Shown here: in pieces, positions 11,581 to 25,048 of the stretch
Position numbering within the stretch: the first letter of the stretch is position 1
Layout of the letters: each line of letters opens with the position of its first letter
Source: Mytilus trossulus
Taxonomy: Eukaryota
DNA: 64,000 bases
Reading direction: 5' to 3'
NCBI RefSeq assembly: GCF_036588685.1
Contig: NC_086374.1
Span: 72,850,001 to 72,914,000, forward strand
Notes under the pieces: generated by a model
Databases searched by the model: none
Told to the model about the DNA's origin: nothing
Seen by the model: only the letters and a program-made list of their open reading frames with translations
Made by a program: the position numbers and the translations under genes

Positions 11581-14500
11581 CACAACTGAGGGATGTCATA
11601 CCTACAAACAAAGAAGGAAAACATGGATTTGTGTATAAAAAAAAGTATGCAAGTAAATCGTGTAAAAACATAGGAAATTGCAAAGTTGCACTGTGGAAAG
11701 GATGTGTTTAATCTGGTGGCAATAAAAGAACGCTTAAACTCTGGTTCTTTAGTTCATGAACAGATTAACAAAGCATTTACACTTGAGGTTCTGCCAATAT
11801 CAATAAAATATGGGTTATTGGAAGAAAATGGTGTCCACATATATGAAAAAAACCTCTTTTTTATATACATGAACTTTATATACAAATAGAAACACTATTT
11901 TTGTACATTGTCCAATTTGTTTTAATATTGAAAGAATGTTAAGTGCCAGTGGCATTAACATAGGTCTAATCATTAAAAAAAAATATGGTTACAAAGTTTT
12001 ATCATAGGCCAATTCATTGATATTAATGAGACGTAGAAATATTCAGCTAGCAAAATGAATGTAATTGAACTTACCATATAAATCTCATGTTTTTTCTGAC
12101 CTGTTGATATTTTTTTTTTATTTAATGTGTGTTTTGTTATATCTCAATCCTTCGTTGGTCAAAATTTAATTATGACGTCAAATTATCAAATTATCATGTT
12201 TTTTAAGTGGCCTATTGTGACATCTCGAAAAAGGTCACCATGTATATCATTCGTAAAGAAGGATTTTATTTGTTTGGATATAGTCATCTATTCAAAAGAA
12301 AATATCACACTCGATAGATTGCTAGAATCTATATTATACGTATGAAGGTCAGGGTGACTATAAATGAACCAAGCTGTTCAGCAGGGAAAAAAAGCAAAGG
12401 AAGAGAAATGTTTTCGTCTTAGATCACTATAAAATCAATTAATATGATAATTATATTGCATGTTATATAATCATGTATATATCTTTTGCCATTGATAATG
12501 ATAATCGTAATATGTGAATTATTATGTGAATGTACTTTTAAATATTAATAAGGCTTAACACAAATATAAGAATTAGCTTTCTTTTTGTGAAACAAATTGA
12601 CGGCAACGTCGTTAAACTGACGTCATTAATTGATGATATTTGCGATACTGGTGTCACCTAACGTTGCACACTGAAAGACGTAAGACAAAATAAAAACGTT
12701 GGATTGCATGTTGTTCAGATGGCTTTTTACAATAAATTTTAAAGGATTGATTTTTTTTGGCTAAGAAATGATAATTTTTTTTTCTTAGATAACAGATCTA
12801 AAGCTTTAGTTTTATTTACAAATTAAAAAGAAAAAAGAAACTTGAGTTGAAACCATTTAATTATAAAGGCAATCGATTTCTTTATTTTTATGGATAAACT
12901 ATGCACTGCGAATGCATTCATTTTTGCACTCCAGAATGTCAAGGCGAAAGGACTACGGCATATCTAGCATGACAGTTCTGCACAAATATATGCAAGGGAA
13001 TTAACGAGAACAATTATTATAGCTGGGTTTTTTTGCTATTAATTTATATTATAGCGGATCCGACTATTATAGTCCGGAAAACACTTCAGTTCCGCGAGGA
13101 AATCTCTCTCCCCACCCCTGCTTTATGAATCGGTAAGCTTCAACATAAAATAATAATTTTAAAGTTTTCTTATTAAGCAACAAAATAAAATAGCCGTATT
13201 CCAAATCGTCTGTGAAAACCGCAATCATGACAATTAGACGGAACGTTAGGAGCATATCTGATTAAATAACGTCAAAATCGTATATGTGGACATTGTATCG
13301 GACATTTTAGTTCTATCTGATATCTCGTATATTAGATTTGAGTTATGGGTATTTAATATCAAAATAGAGATATTTTTTTGTACTTTTATCCATTATAAAT
13401 TTTTTTATAATAGCGAATGGCACTATATTAATTAAACATCATGAAAAAAACAGAAAACGTAACCCTACGTTTAATTTGGTTTGAAGGGGACAAAATGTCG
13501 GACATTGCTAATCAACTCGAATAAAAATTTTTTTTTTTTAAAATTCCTTATTATTGCATGAGACGAAAGTGTGATCTTTGTACAAAATACAAGTATAAGA
13601 ATTATTTACTTTCGACATGGGGATTGCTCTGGAAATCTCTTTTTGGGACAATTTAAAAAAAATTATGGAAACCTATCGTGCATGGGACACATAATTTGTA
13701 TCATCTTGATCCCTTTTTTTTAATATCCGTCTTTTCGAGAGTGAAAAATCGACATTACATCATCGCCCACTTATGAATTGCTTGTTCTAGACAAACTTTT
13801 ATATCGTTTGGTAAAAAAAAAATGTTTTTTACGGTATTCAGAATTTCACCAAACTAAAAGTGTAACGCGGGACAAGGAAATCATTTTGAAAAATAAAGGT
13901 TTAAATGAGTTTTAATTAATGAAAATGGTCTGTTACATAAACAAAATTGGAATAATCTGAAAGAAGAGTTTAAAAGGTTTAAAATGATATACAACACTTT
14001 AAAATATCCTTTTTTATGTTTAAAAATCAACAAGATGAATGTGTCTTGTCCGTGATTTCACCAAATTAACACCAGTAGCGTGCGACGTTTCAATACATTA
14101 GAATTATTAATTAATTCAAAAAATTGATTATGCAGACAACATGATAATTTAAATGTTTTGCTATTTGTTTCAAAGTCGATTAACTTTGTAATAATAATAA
14201 TAATAATAATAATAAAATTAAGTCATTTTTCTAATCGCCGCTTTTACTTTTTATATCGGAATACTGGTACATATCACCTTTTAAAATAACAATTAAGGAC
14301 TTTAATCGTATACCTCCCATTTGATTGGTCGTTTGATACGGCAAAGATATAGTATATCTGAGAAAATTGTTATTAAATAGTTGTGTTTTCTTGTCGTTTT
14401 CAGTTAATTTATCTTTTTAGTTCAAAAAGTAAGCTATAGAAGACGTATATTTTTTTATTGTATTTTCAATAACTCAATATATAATTGTCTCGCATGTTGA

Positions 14501-17500
14501 GATATGGTGTACACACAAGGCACTAAAGGGTCGATAATCAATATATGAATGGTGGGAGGGTCAGGCTTTACTAAAAAAAAAATTGAGATCCCTCTCACTG
14601 AGAAACAGGACCCTAAGCATCAACTCCCGCGTTGCCTTGGATCAATACATATCAGGAGTTTTTGAAATAAAGTGTTAAAATGGGAGAGGTAAATTAATAA
14701 AAATTTTAAAAAAAAAAGACCATAAAACGTCTGTCGTCAACCCTAAGTAACAAAAATGTCAAAAACACATTACGATACTACTAAAGTCGATTACGTACGA
14801 ACCTTTGTAACTTTCATATATTTTTTTAACCAGCTGTAAGAGTCTATAAATGCTTGATATGAAAAGTGTTACAGTAACGGTTGTAGTTACGTAAATCGTC
14901 TCAAAGTGCATAACTTGTATTCAATTACTTTTTAACAAAAGCGTTTAAAACGTCAACGAACTCATTTGATAATGTTTGATATTAGTCAGAGGAGTAATGG
15001 TCGATGAAATATTCACTTAAAAACGATGTTCATCAACATAAAAGGCCAGACTAGCGTTTTTTGTTTCTAAAAGATATTTAGTCCTGCATAACATTTTGTT
15101 ATTTGAAAGCGTTTCTGACTTTTGCAAGACGTTAAAGAGTGGTGGTATCAATGTTTTTAAGTTATTTTTAAAAGTGCACATGAAAAGCGTGTCCGGTATT
15201 ATCTGCGTTCGTTAGATACGACAAAGAATCTGCCTTGCTGTTATGAAAAGTCCTATTGAAATTATCGTAATCAGACTCAAAAGTCATCAAATGAACATAT
15301 CGGATTTGGTGTTTCAAGCAAAGCATTTGTACTCCGGGTTTTTTTTCGGGAGGGGGAGCTAAATGTTTAGAAACAAGACCTTCTGTTATGGCAGCTAAAC
15401 AACAAACAAAAATATCAGAGACCATGAAAACGAAAACGCCCATTTATAGAACATCGTCCATAGTTCAATGTGACTATATTGATTTGCATGCAATAGTTTA
15501 TGAATTGTGCAAAAACAATAAAAATCTTATCATCAAAAGTATTCAATAACAAAGATATATGACTACTGGGACAAACATCAGTGGAACCAATCTGGTAGTG
15601 GTAATATCAGCCTATGTCAGTGCGCAAGAACAAATACATCTTCATCAGACACATATAAGACCAAATGGTTTGAAAGTTAAGTTCATAAAACATTAAAGAG
15701 CTACAAACAAGTTTTTTGGTTAAGACATAAACTGATGGCTCAGAAATTAAATTGTCAATTTCGTCAAACATCGAACTAATGAATTCTGACCAATATCCTA
15801 TTTTTTAATCGACAAGTGGTTTCGTTACTGATGCAGAGATAGATATCTATGTAGATAAGACATATTTTTTTATTCGTCCATTGGGAACAAAAGGGTAGGG
15901 ATATACATCCTCCAAAATACATTGAAATATAGATATAGCATTACTATCATATCAACCAAGTCAACTTTTGGATGTGAATTTTGTTATCCGTATTGACAGA
16001 CAGCTTGATGTTAAGAATATGTATAAAATAAACCCCAATATTCCTTCACATTAACTTTGTCATGTGCATATAGAAGCTAGGTTCTGCATGATGAGCCTTT
16101 ATTTCATAATTCTTTAGGTATTATATGACTGTTCACATCTTTAAATTGTTTGCCCATTATTCTCTGATACTTTTATTTTAGCACCCCATTATCATAAATT
16201 ATAACTATTTTGATTTTAAAAAAATCTCTGTTTTCTGTAAAAACCCATCCAAACCCTCATATTGGGATTTTCAAAATATATACATTATGTTCCTTCTCTT
16301 CAATTTTGTATAAATGCAACAGTTTTCATTGCTTAACTTCATATTGAAAGGAATTTTAGCAACGAAATGAAATGAGACATACTGAAGAACATTCGTGATG
16401 TACGAGACAAACTAGATAACAAACAACTTTAGTTCCAAAAGTGCAAATGATTTTCATATTATTTTAAAATGTTGTATTGGTTTCAAAATAAACCAATAGT
16501 CAAACTTACAAGTGCCAATTACATTTCGTGCTTAGTCATCATTAAAGTGCCTACCTTATCGCATTTGATGTGCAATACCTCTTTCAATATAAGTGTCCAA
16601 TTACTTTCCAGTAACAATATAAGTTTGTGTTTCGGAATAACCTATACTCCTGCAAAACGTTTTCCCAGAAAAGCCTAAAATAAACTAGGAATGTGTGATT
16701 CATGTAAAAAATGTTTAAACAATATTGACAAAACATATATTGAATTGAATATTGATTGTGATGTGTATTGCTATTTAACGAGTGTAACAGCTGGTATATG
16801 TTTAATCTTACAATAACCAACTTTCTATTAGATTGGACATGATACAATCGGATGTAGGTCACGGCTTCCTAAGAAATGGGTTAACCTAGGACCAATAGTT
16901 TTCTTTCTTATTGCTCGAAAGTAGGTTATTATACATTTTTATGTATGCATGTTAATTAGGGGGAGGGGGATATGTTTTAGTATATTGCAAAGTAATTTTC
17001 CGTTTTCCATATCGGGGGGAAATATGTTTAATAAGTATTTATTACAAAAAAAACACCATTTTCTTTCTGAAAAAAAGCGCATTGAAACAATTGTACAGTA
17101 ATTTGTGTCTCTTTGATCAGTTCATCTTATTTATCATGTAGAGGTTCAGACGAACTTCCTATAAACTATCACATACAAGAAATGATTCCAATTGAAGTTT
17201 TGAAGTATTCATTTAAATACAAAACTGATCTATTGAAGATTATAATTAAAAATATGTTATTTGCCTATTAAAGAAAGAATTTAAAAAAGCCCGATTAATC
17301 CACTCTTTTGTCTGATACACATAGGTCTGCGTTTAGCAAAACAAAATCCAACAAATTTAGGAGATGATGCCAAATGCACGTACATGCTTTCATAAATTTA
17401 CTGATTAAATTAAGAATTGTAAGAACTGAGTATACACTTGCCAATAACAAATTGTGACTTTACAGATGAAACTTTATATATCTTAGTCTGGAGATTGACA

Positions 17501-18513
17501 AATCTAAGTTAATTAAAGTTTACTGATGAATTTTGAAAATTGTCAATTTTTAATGCTTTTGAACATTGTGGTTACGTTTATGTAAATAACAAGGAGCGGC
17601 ACAGATAGAAATAGACATAATGCAAATAAATATATTTACGTCTGTTAACATATTCGAGTTAAAAAATCTCAATGAAAAGTCTGTAACTGTTTGAAAAGTG
17701 AGTTTTTATAAAAACTCTACAAAACAGACCCAAATTGATCTTTTATATTTGAAGGTTTCAAAATCATTCAAAGTCTTAAATATTTACATGCATTATACAT
17801 CAAATAACTATCATACCTTGTGAATATAAAGCAATCTTGTATATTATCTAGACACATTTACTGATATAATTATTCCGTTCAAAAGAGACAATAACAACTA
17901 ACGTAAGCGTATTATTATTTTAACAAAAAGATACCTGAAAGATGTTGCTAGCCATCCTACAGATGACAAGATAAACTGTTGGTACAGGTCAAAAGTTCAT
18001 ACTTACCAAGCTAACTGTGAAAAAACTCCATGTTTTACAAATAAAACTCCAAGTTTCATCTGAATAGAATTAGAATAGAATATACATGAACGTTTTCGGT
18101 AAGCCGTCTCAAATTGTTCTTAAATGGGCACTTGCTACATATGAACAATAGAATATGATTACACAAGTAAAATTTTGAAATAATAAATCGCTTTTAGCAC
18201 AAATTTGGTTCAAGTTTGTCAAAATGAGCAGAGAAACATCGGTTTTGAATTATTCACTTGAAAGTAAAAAATCAATCTCATTTAATTCGTATTTATGTGT
18301 CCTTCAATTCAACCAGTTCCCTAGATAATGGTTGCCATTGGCAAAGTTGAAACATTTGTTGTTGTCTGATTCGATCCACAAAATTCATTTTAATACTGGT
18401 TAATCCAACTTTTTTTAACCAATAACAAAATTTCAAACAAACCTAGAAAAATGTAGCTCAAAGCCAATAACAACTGTGAATAGTAATCAAAGGTACCAGG
18501 ATTACAATTAAGT

Positions 18514-18557
18514 ACGCCAGACGTGCGTTTCGTCTACATAAGTCTCATCAGTGACGC
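18514..18557 (-). ncRNA. Type I hammerhead ribozyme, copy with two substitutions
   Basis: Minus strand gcgtca-CTGATGA-gAct-tatgt-agac-GAAA-cgcAc-GTC-tggcgt; one helix II mismatch and a broken helix III palindrome. Confidence 0.8.
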
Positions 18558-18869
18558 TCATATCAAAATATTTATAAAGCCAAACAATTACAAAGTTGAA
18601 GAGCATTGAGGATCCAAAATTTCAAAAAGTTGTGCCAAATACGGCTAAGGAAATCTATGCCTGGAATAAGAAAATTCTTAGTTTTTCGAAAAATGTTAAC
18701 TTTTGTTAACAGGAAATGTATAAAAAATGACCACCTTATTGATATTCATGCCAACACCGAGGTGTTGACTACTGGGCTTGTGATACCTTCGGGGACGAAA
18801 CGTCCACCAGCAGTGGCATCGACCCAGTAATGTAAATAGTTAACAAAGGTACCAGGATTACAATTTAGT

Positions 18870-18913
18870 ACGCCAGACGCGCGTTTCGTCTACATAAGAC
18901 TCATCAGTGACGC
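18870..18913 (-). ncRNA. Type I hammerhead ribozyme, intact
   Basis: Minus strand gcgtca-CTGATGA-gtct-tatgt-agac-GAAA-cgcgc-GTC^tggcgt; palindromic ACGCGCGT helix III; predicted cleavage between 18876 and 18875. Confidence 0.9.
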
Positions 18914-18959
18914 TCATATCAAATATTTATAAAGCCAAACAATAAGCTATATAAGTCTA

Positions 18960-19265
18960 ATATTCAGTATGGTTTAAATTTACTGATAAGAAATTCAATA
19001 TCTATACCAATAAAGCAATGGTATCGTATAAAAAGGAAAATTAGCAATAGGGAAAGAAAAATCATCTCTTATGGGTACAGTTTCTGGTGAAAAACTGAAA
19101 TATCTAAGTCTAGGAAAAGAAAGTAATTGCTGTTAGTATTTGGTTTATTTAAAGAAACTTTCTTTGGGTAAATGTCTGCAATATATTTAGAAAGTTCTTG
19201 ATTTTTCAACAAATTTTGATTTTTGAATAAGCCTGTTGGCAATGTTGATCTAGGAAAATCCAATA
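18960..19265 (-). mobile_element. Degenerate Penelope-like RT remnant
   Basis: Translation LSKYIADIYPKKVSLNKPNTNSNYFLFLDLDISV resembles the YPxELxxK...FLDL region; a broken DDF.FPI.NFPF follows. Confidence 0.55.
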
Positions 19266-19899
19266 TATAAACCCGTTACTAGATTGTACTGAACTGTTAA
19301 TAATGTCATCTAGTCAATCGAATCATAACAGATGACGAGATCTAAAGCAGCTAAATACAGAATGCATGGTTGGTCTAACAACAATCAAACTTAAAATTGA
19401 ATGCACCAAGAACTTACTCAAAATAGTTTAGTTAAGTTGTAACATAATCTGTTTTTTTAATGCTTCACATGTACCTTTTGAATGATTACATACTGAAATA
19501 TTCAATAATTTACAATGGTTGTCTTTTTATAATAAATGATATTGCATTCATGATTATAAGTGCATTATACTGATTCAGTGCCTCAATCTGTTTTCATTTG
19601 TTTACATATCATATTATTTGATATGAGTTCATTGTACTTAACAGCTGATCGTTTGGTCACCACAACATTAAATAGCCTATGAGGTATGAATTGCCTACCA
19701 TGTCATACAAAATCATACTATTTTCCCGTTATTAATTCGGGTTGTTTAGTACTATATTTCAATGACAAATTTTCTGAAGTATTTTATGCAGACTGGCAAA
19801 CGAAGTTAAATATCAACGAGCATGCATGTAAGATTTATTTTATCCACGAAAATCAATACCCACAAAAATGAATGAATTCACATTATAACATAACAACTC

Positions 19900-21350
19900 A
19901 ACGTTAAATAATACCCCTTAGGATCAACAGTGATCGTGACAGACTGAAATATATTCTGTGTATATATATTTATGTATATAACTCGTCTAAACACCAACCC
20001 AACAATGTTAGATCTGTAAATTTGCTTTCGCAAATTTTTGGTTCTTCCCTCGCCGGGATTCGAACCCATGCTACTGTGATATGATATATAAGGCATGAAG
20101 ATGTTATTGAATTATCTATAGTAAAGGATCCTTCAAATTAATGTAAGATACAGTCACAGAAAATAATTATATTCATAAGTACGTCTGAGTCAGTGACAAC
20201 CCTACAACAGATGTATCCATCGGATCGCCATCAATGATGGTGATACATGGCTGTGTACATAATGTATATACAACTCGTCTAAACATCAACCCAACAATGT
20301 TAGATTTGTAAATTTGCTTTCGCAAATTTTTGGTTCTTCTCTCGCCGAGATTCGAACCCATGCTACTGTGATATCGTGACACCAAATCGCCTGCACTGCA
20401 GCCGTCCCGCTGGCCATGTGTTACCTTTCCACGTCAGTTTTGATCTAGCGGCGTACTACAGTACATGATAAATAAGGCATGAAGATGTTATTGTTACAGA
20501 TCAGCTTAATTATCTATAGTAAAGGATCCTACAAATTAATGTAAGATACAGTCACAGAAAATAATATATATATATATAATTCGTATAAGTAACAGCCAAA
20601 TTATATCATCTCTGTAAATTTGCTAAATCAAACTTGTGTTCTTCCCTGGCCGGGATTCGAACTCATGCTACTGAGATATCGTGGCACCAAATTGCCTTGC
20701 ACTATGGCTGGCGAGTCAGTCGATCTCCTAGGCTCGAAACATTTCTAGCTTCATTGCACGCGTCTTACCTTCTCTGGTCAATTTTATCTAGCGTCGTAAC
20801 ACAGTGCATGATAAATAGGTCATGAAGATGGAATGTTACAGATTAAAATTATCTATCGCAGAAGATCTTACACAGAAATGTAGGATGCAGCCACAGATAC
20901 AACTATATTATAAGCACGTCTGAACTAGTAACTACCATACGACAGATTTTATCCATGGATTCACCAGTGATGGTGACACAAGGCTGAAGACCCGTTCTGT
21001 TTGATATATATAGCTCGTCTAAATAACAGCCCAACAATGTTAGATCTGTAAATTTGCTGAAGCATGTCTTCCCTGGCCGAGATTCGAACTCATGCTACCC
21101 GCGAAAATAAATAAATTCGCTGTATATTATAAGTACATTTTAACTAGTAACAATTCCACGACAGACTTTATCCTTCAGATTTCCAGTGATTGTGATATAA
21201 TGATGAAAACACATCGTGTCCATATATATAATTCGTCTAAATAACATCCTAACAATGTTATATCTGTAAATTTTTTAGTAGTAAAATTCTAAGGCCGTGA
21301 TTCGAACTCATGCTACTGAGATATCGTGGCACCAGATTGCCTTGCACTAA
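19900..21350 (-). repeat. Tandem array of partly deleted tRNA-derived (B-box) units
   Basis: Five minus-strand GTTCGAATC B-boxes (near 20060, 20352, 20657, 21085, 21302), with shared flanks gtagcatg.gttcgaatc and aatttacagatctaacattgttggg. Confidence 0.7.
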
Positions 21351-21641
21351 AAAAGTATAAGCCCGGCGCAAGAATGATGTTTTAATTTTCTATTCGTTCT
21401 ATTCGGAGTTGATTAACTGGTTTTTTTTATGATGTAATCGGTCAGTTTTTGTTTGATATAGCTCTGCTTTTTCCCTAGTATTAAATTTGAACATATCATG
21501 ACCAACTTCCCCCAGATTCAAGCATTGCTTACTTTTAAACATATTAACTAATTAATCACGCATGAAAATTGCAGAAAACCGCATTTTTTGTTGATGAGAT
21601 TTCGCAAATTTTGTTCATCAACCCCTAATCATTAAAAAAAA

Positions 21642-21900
21642 ACAAGAATGTGTCCCCAGTGCACGAATGACCCACTCGCACTATAATTTTCTATGTTCAG
21701 TGGACCGTGAAATTGGGGTAAAAACTCTAATTAAAATTAGAAAGATCATATCATAAGGAACATGTGTAATAAGTTTGAAATTGATTGGATTTCCAACTTC
21801 ATCAAAAACTACCTTGATCAAAAACTTTAACATGAAGCAGGACGAACGGACGTACAGACTAGAAAACAAAACCCCCTCTTCTATCGTAGGTGGGGCATAA
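21642..21900 (+). mobile_element. Short HINE/pearl-like non-autonomous element
   Basis: acaagaatgtgtcc...ggacgaacggac microsatellite...gtaggtggggcataa. Same family at 28003-28265 (+) and 54716-55013 (-). Confidence 0.75.
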
Positions 21901-23938
21901 CAAGTTTTACTTAAAGTCGGAATTCAGGAAACTAAATATGACCCAAGATTATTTGAATTTTATAAATTGGATCAAATACAATATATATATGCATGTGCAA
22001 GTCATGAAAACATCACCATTTTTAAAATACAATTCATAAGTACAAGTTACTTTGATGCAAGTTTCCATTTCTTACATCGTGAATTTTGATTTCTATTCAC
22101 CAATATCCAACCTGTTATCTTTGTTTAAACAAATGTATATTTGTTACCTAATATCTAAAATATAAAATTCCTGGTACATATACATAAATTATGTTATGTT
22201 GGAAATTGTTGTATTATTTGAATGTATGTATTTATTTACTGTCTATAATTCAGTGTAAAAGACTCTATTTTATATGTACATTTTCCATTTAATGTACTAA
22301 TGTTGTATTATTCATTCTCACATAAAATATTGAACTAAAATTAATTGCATTATTTGACCTTTCAATAACTTCTGAAAATTCCTGAAACTCATTCAGAATT
22401 TAAAGCATTTTTTTACTTAGACCATCATAATTAATCTTGCTCTTTCCATCAGCAAACGGAACCTTTTTCAATTCCATGTTGCTACTATTGTAAATATGGC
22501 TGTTTTCTATATCTGATTTCATTGCTCATGTTCGTATTTAGTTTGTCCTATTTCTGTGATGTATTTTGACCTTCTGAATCACTCACGGTTGTTCAACACC
22601 TGTGGGAGATCACTGGGGTTGTTTTTGTTTTGGTGGGGTTCGTGTTCCTCAACTTAAATATAATGTTTTGTAGACTGTTGTTTACGTTTTACTTGGTTTG
22701 TTTTGCCATGATATTGTCAGCTTCTCTGATTATGATTTTTCATTCACCCTTTGATATCTTTCTCTCCTTCCCCCCTGCTCTATGGCAATATATCTGGTTA
22801 AGCTATAATAGTTTTTTGGGGAAAGGACAAGGGCACCTGGTTATGTTGTACTTACATAGGCTTGACACAGCCTTTAAGTTTGCTTTCAAATAAGGTCTAT
22901 TAAATATATCAAATACAAACTTGCTGGTCTTTCAGTCTATATATACATGTATATATGAATTCTGTCAAGGCTGGATCCAAAATTTATTTTAAGTATGGCA
23001 CTCCTTTCCTTCTCTATAATTTTTGCCATCTCATAAATGTCATAGGACAGAGGAATTAAGACTATGTTGGTTTTTTTCAAGAATGATCCCTATATTTATT
23101 TCTCCTCGCCATTTAGCATGATAAAACATAACTACAAGTATTCAAATTAAAAAAAAATACCTTTAAAGGTAACATAATAAAAATCTTTATTTGTTTCAAA
23201 AACGTCTGTACATAATATTATTTACATAAAATAAAAATCTTCATTTGTATCAAATAAATTTACACTTTATAAATGTTAAACACATAACTAAATAAATTGA
23301 CCAAATGCACCAGATATAAACAATTAATCAATAACAAACACCATGATCAGGGGTTGGGGGTTTGGGGGGGGGGGGGTTGTGGGGGGCAAATACTACTTTA
23401 GAACAAATTTTTATTGGGTCTGTAGGTGAACAAAATTTCTTTTTATTCTTGTAAAAATAGGGAGTTGGGTATGACTGCCAATGACAAAACTATCCACCAA
23501 AGTTCAAATGAAGTGGATGTAATCAATTATAGACAACGGTTAACAATCTTCAACAATAAGAAATACAACACTTTTTCAGCTTTAAAAGGTCCAAATATAA
23601 AAATATGAAACAATTCAACTGAGTAAACTAAAGGCATAATTTCTAACAAAACTTTTCACAAATACCCCTCCTGAAAATGATATTAATATCCAATGTCAAT
23701 TGACATGGTTTAGTTAAATATTCAATATTCACTTACACTGTTCTCTGGCTATTAAGATATTTAATAGTGAAACAAGCAGATTTAATCAGGGACACAAATA
23801 ATCAAGCATCTCTGTTATGATGAAAACAATTAAAAAAATATTTTGGCAAACATGCTTTTCAAGGTTTTATAGCAAAACAAGCAGATTTAAAAAGGGGCAT
23901 ATATAATCAAGCATCTCTGTTAAGATGAAATAAAAATT

Positions 23939-25048
23939 ACAAGAGTGCACACACTGAAATGTCTCGCCTTCTTTACTAATCATTGCGATATTATGTTGAT
24001 AGTCCTAAGTATAAAGCTTTATTACAACTGTCACATAAACTTAGCATTAACCAAGATAACTAAACAAAGACCAATGAACCATGAAAATGAGGTCAAGGTC
24101 AGATGAACCATGCCAGGTAGACATCTACAGCTAACAATGCTTCCATACAACAAATATAGTTGAGCTTATGAGCTATTACTTAAAGTTTTAGAAAAATAGA
24201 CCAAAACACAAAAACTTAACACTGTGCAATGAACCCTGAAATTGAGGTCACGGTCAAATCAAACCTGCAGGAATGACATTTAGATCATAATATATTTCAG
24301 TACACCAAATATAGTTGACCTTTGGCATATAATATTAGATAAAAAGACCAAAACTTAAAAAAATTACTTTGACCACTGAACCATGAAAATGAGGTCAAGG
24401 TCAGATGACATCTGCCCGCTAGACATGTACACCTTACAATCATTCCATACAACAGATATAGTAGACCTATTGCATAAAGTATGAGAAAAACAGACCAAAA
24501 CACAAAAACTTAACTATAACCACTAGACCATGAAAATGAGGTCAAGGTCAGGTGACACCTGTCAGTTGGACATGTACACCTTACAGTCCTTCCATACACC
24601 AAATATACTAGCCCTATTGCTTATAGTATCTGAGATATGGACTTGACCACCAAAACTTAACCTTGTTCACTGATCCATGAAATGAGGTCGAGGTCAAGTG
24701 AAAACTGTCTGACAGGCATGAGGACCTTGCAAGGTACGCACATACCAAATATAGTTATCCTGTTACTTATAATAAGAGAGAATTCAAGATTACAAAAATT
24801 CTGAACTTTTTTTTCAAGTAGTCACTGAACCATGAAAATGAGGTCAAGGACATTGGACATGTGACTGAAGGAAACTTCGTAACATGAGGCATCTATATAC
24901 AAAGTATGAAGCATCCAGGTCTTTCACCTTCTAAAATATAAACCTTTTAAGAAGTGAGCTAACACCGCTGCCGCCGCAGTCGTAGCCGCCCCCAGTTCAC
25001 TATCCCTATGTCGAGCTTTCTGCAACAAAAGTTGCAGGCTCGACAAAA
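23939..25048 (+). mobile_element. HINE/Helentron-like element with internal ~150-bp tandem repeats
   Basis: Starts acaagagtgcacac. gaaccatgaaaatgaggtcaaggtca is repeated ~6 times. Has a gccgcc microsatellite and a terminal hairpin gtcgagc-tgcaac..gttgca-gctcgac followed by an A run. Confidence 0.8.

Larger units (their letters stand above)
18474..18945 (-). mobile_element. Retrozyme-like tandem unit (356-bp period) bounded by two hammerheads
   Basis: A ~110-bp direct repeat (aaggtaccaggattacaatt...ataaagccaaacaat) at ~18490 and ~18846, each containing a minus-strand hammerhead. Confidence 0.85.

Noticed and set aside
12100-18100. Possible large transposon, or 5' UTR exons of the orphan gene (minus-strand GTAAGT donors near 12074 and 18006)
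   Set aside because: No TIRs, transposase remnants or exon boundaries that I can support from sequence alone.
20340-20420. Functional tRNA gene
   Set aside because: Only a B-box/T-arm-like part is recognisable; no full cloverleaf or intact A-box.
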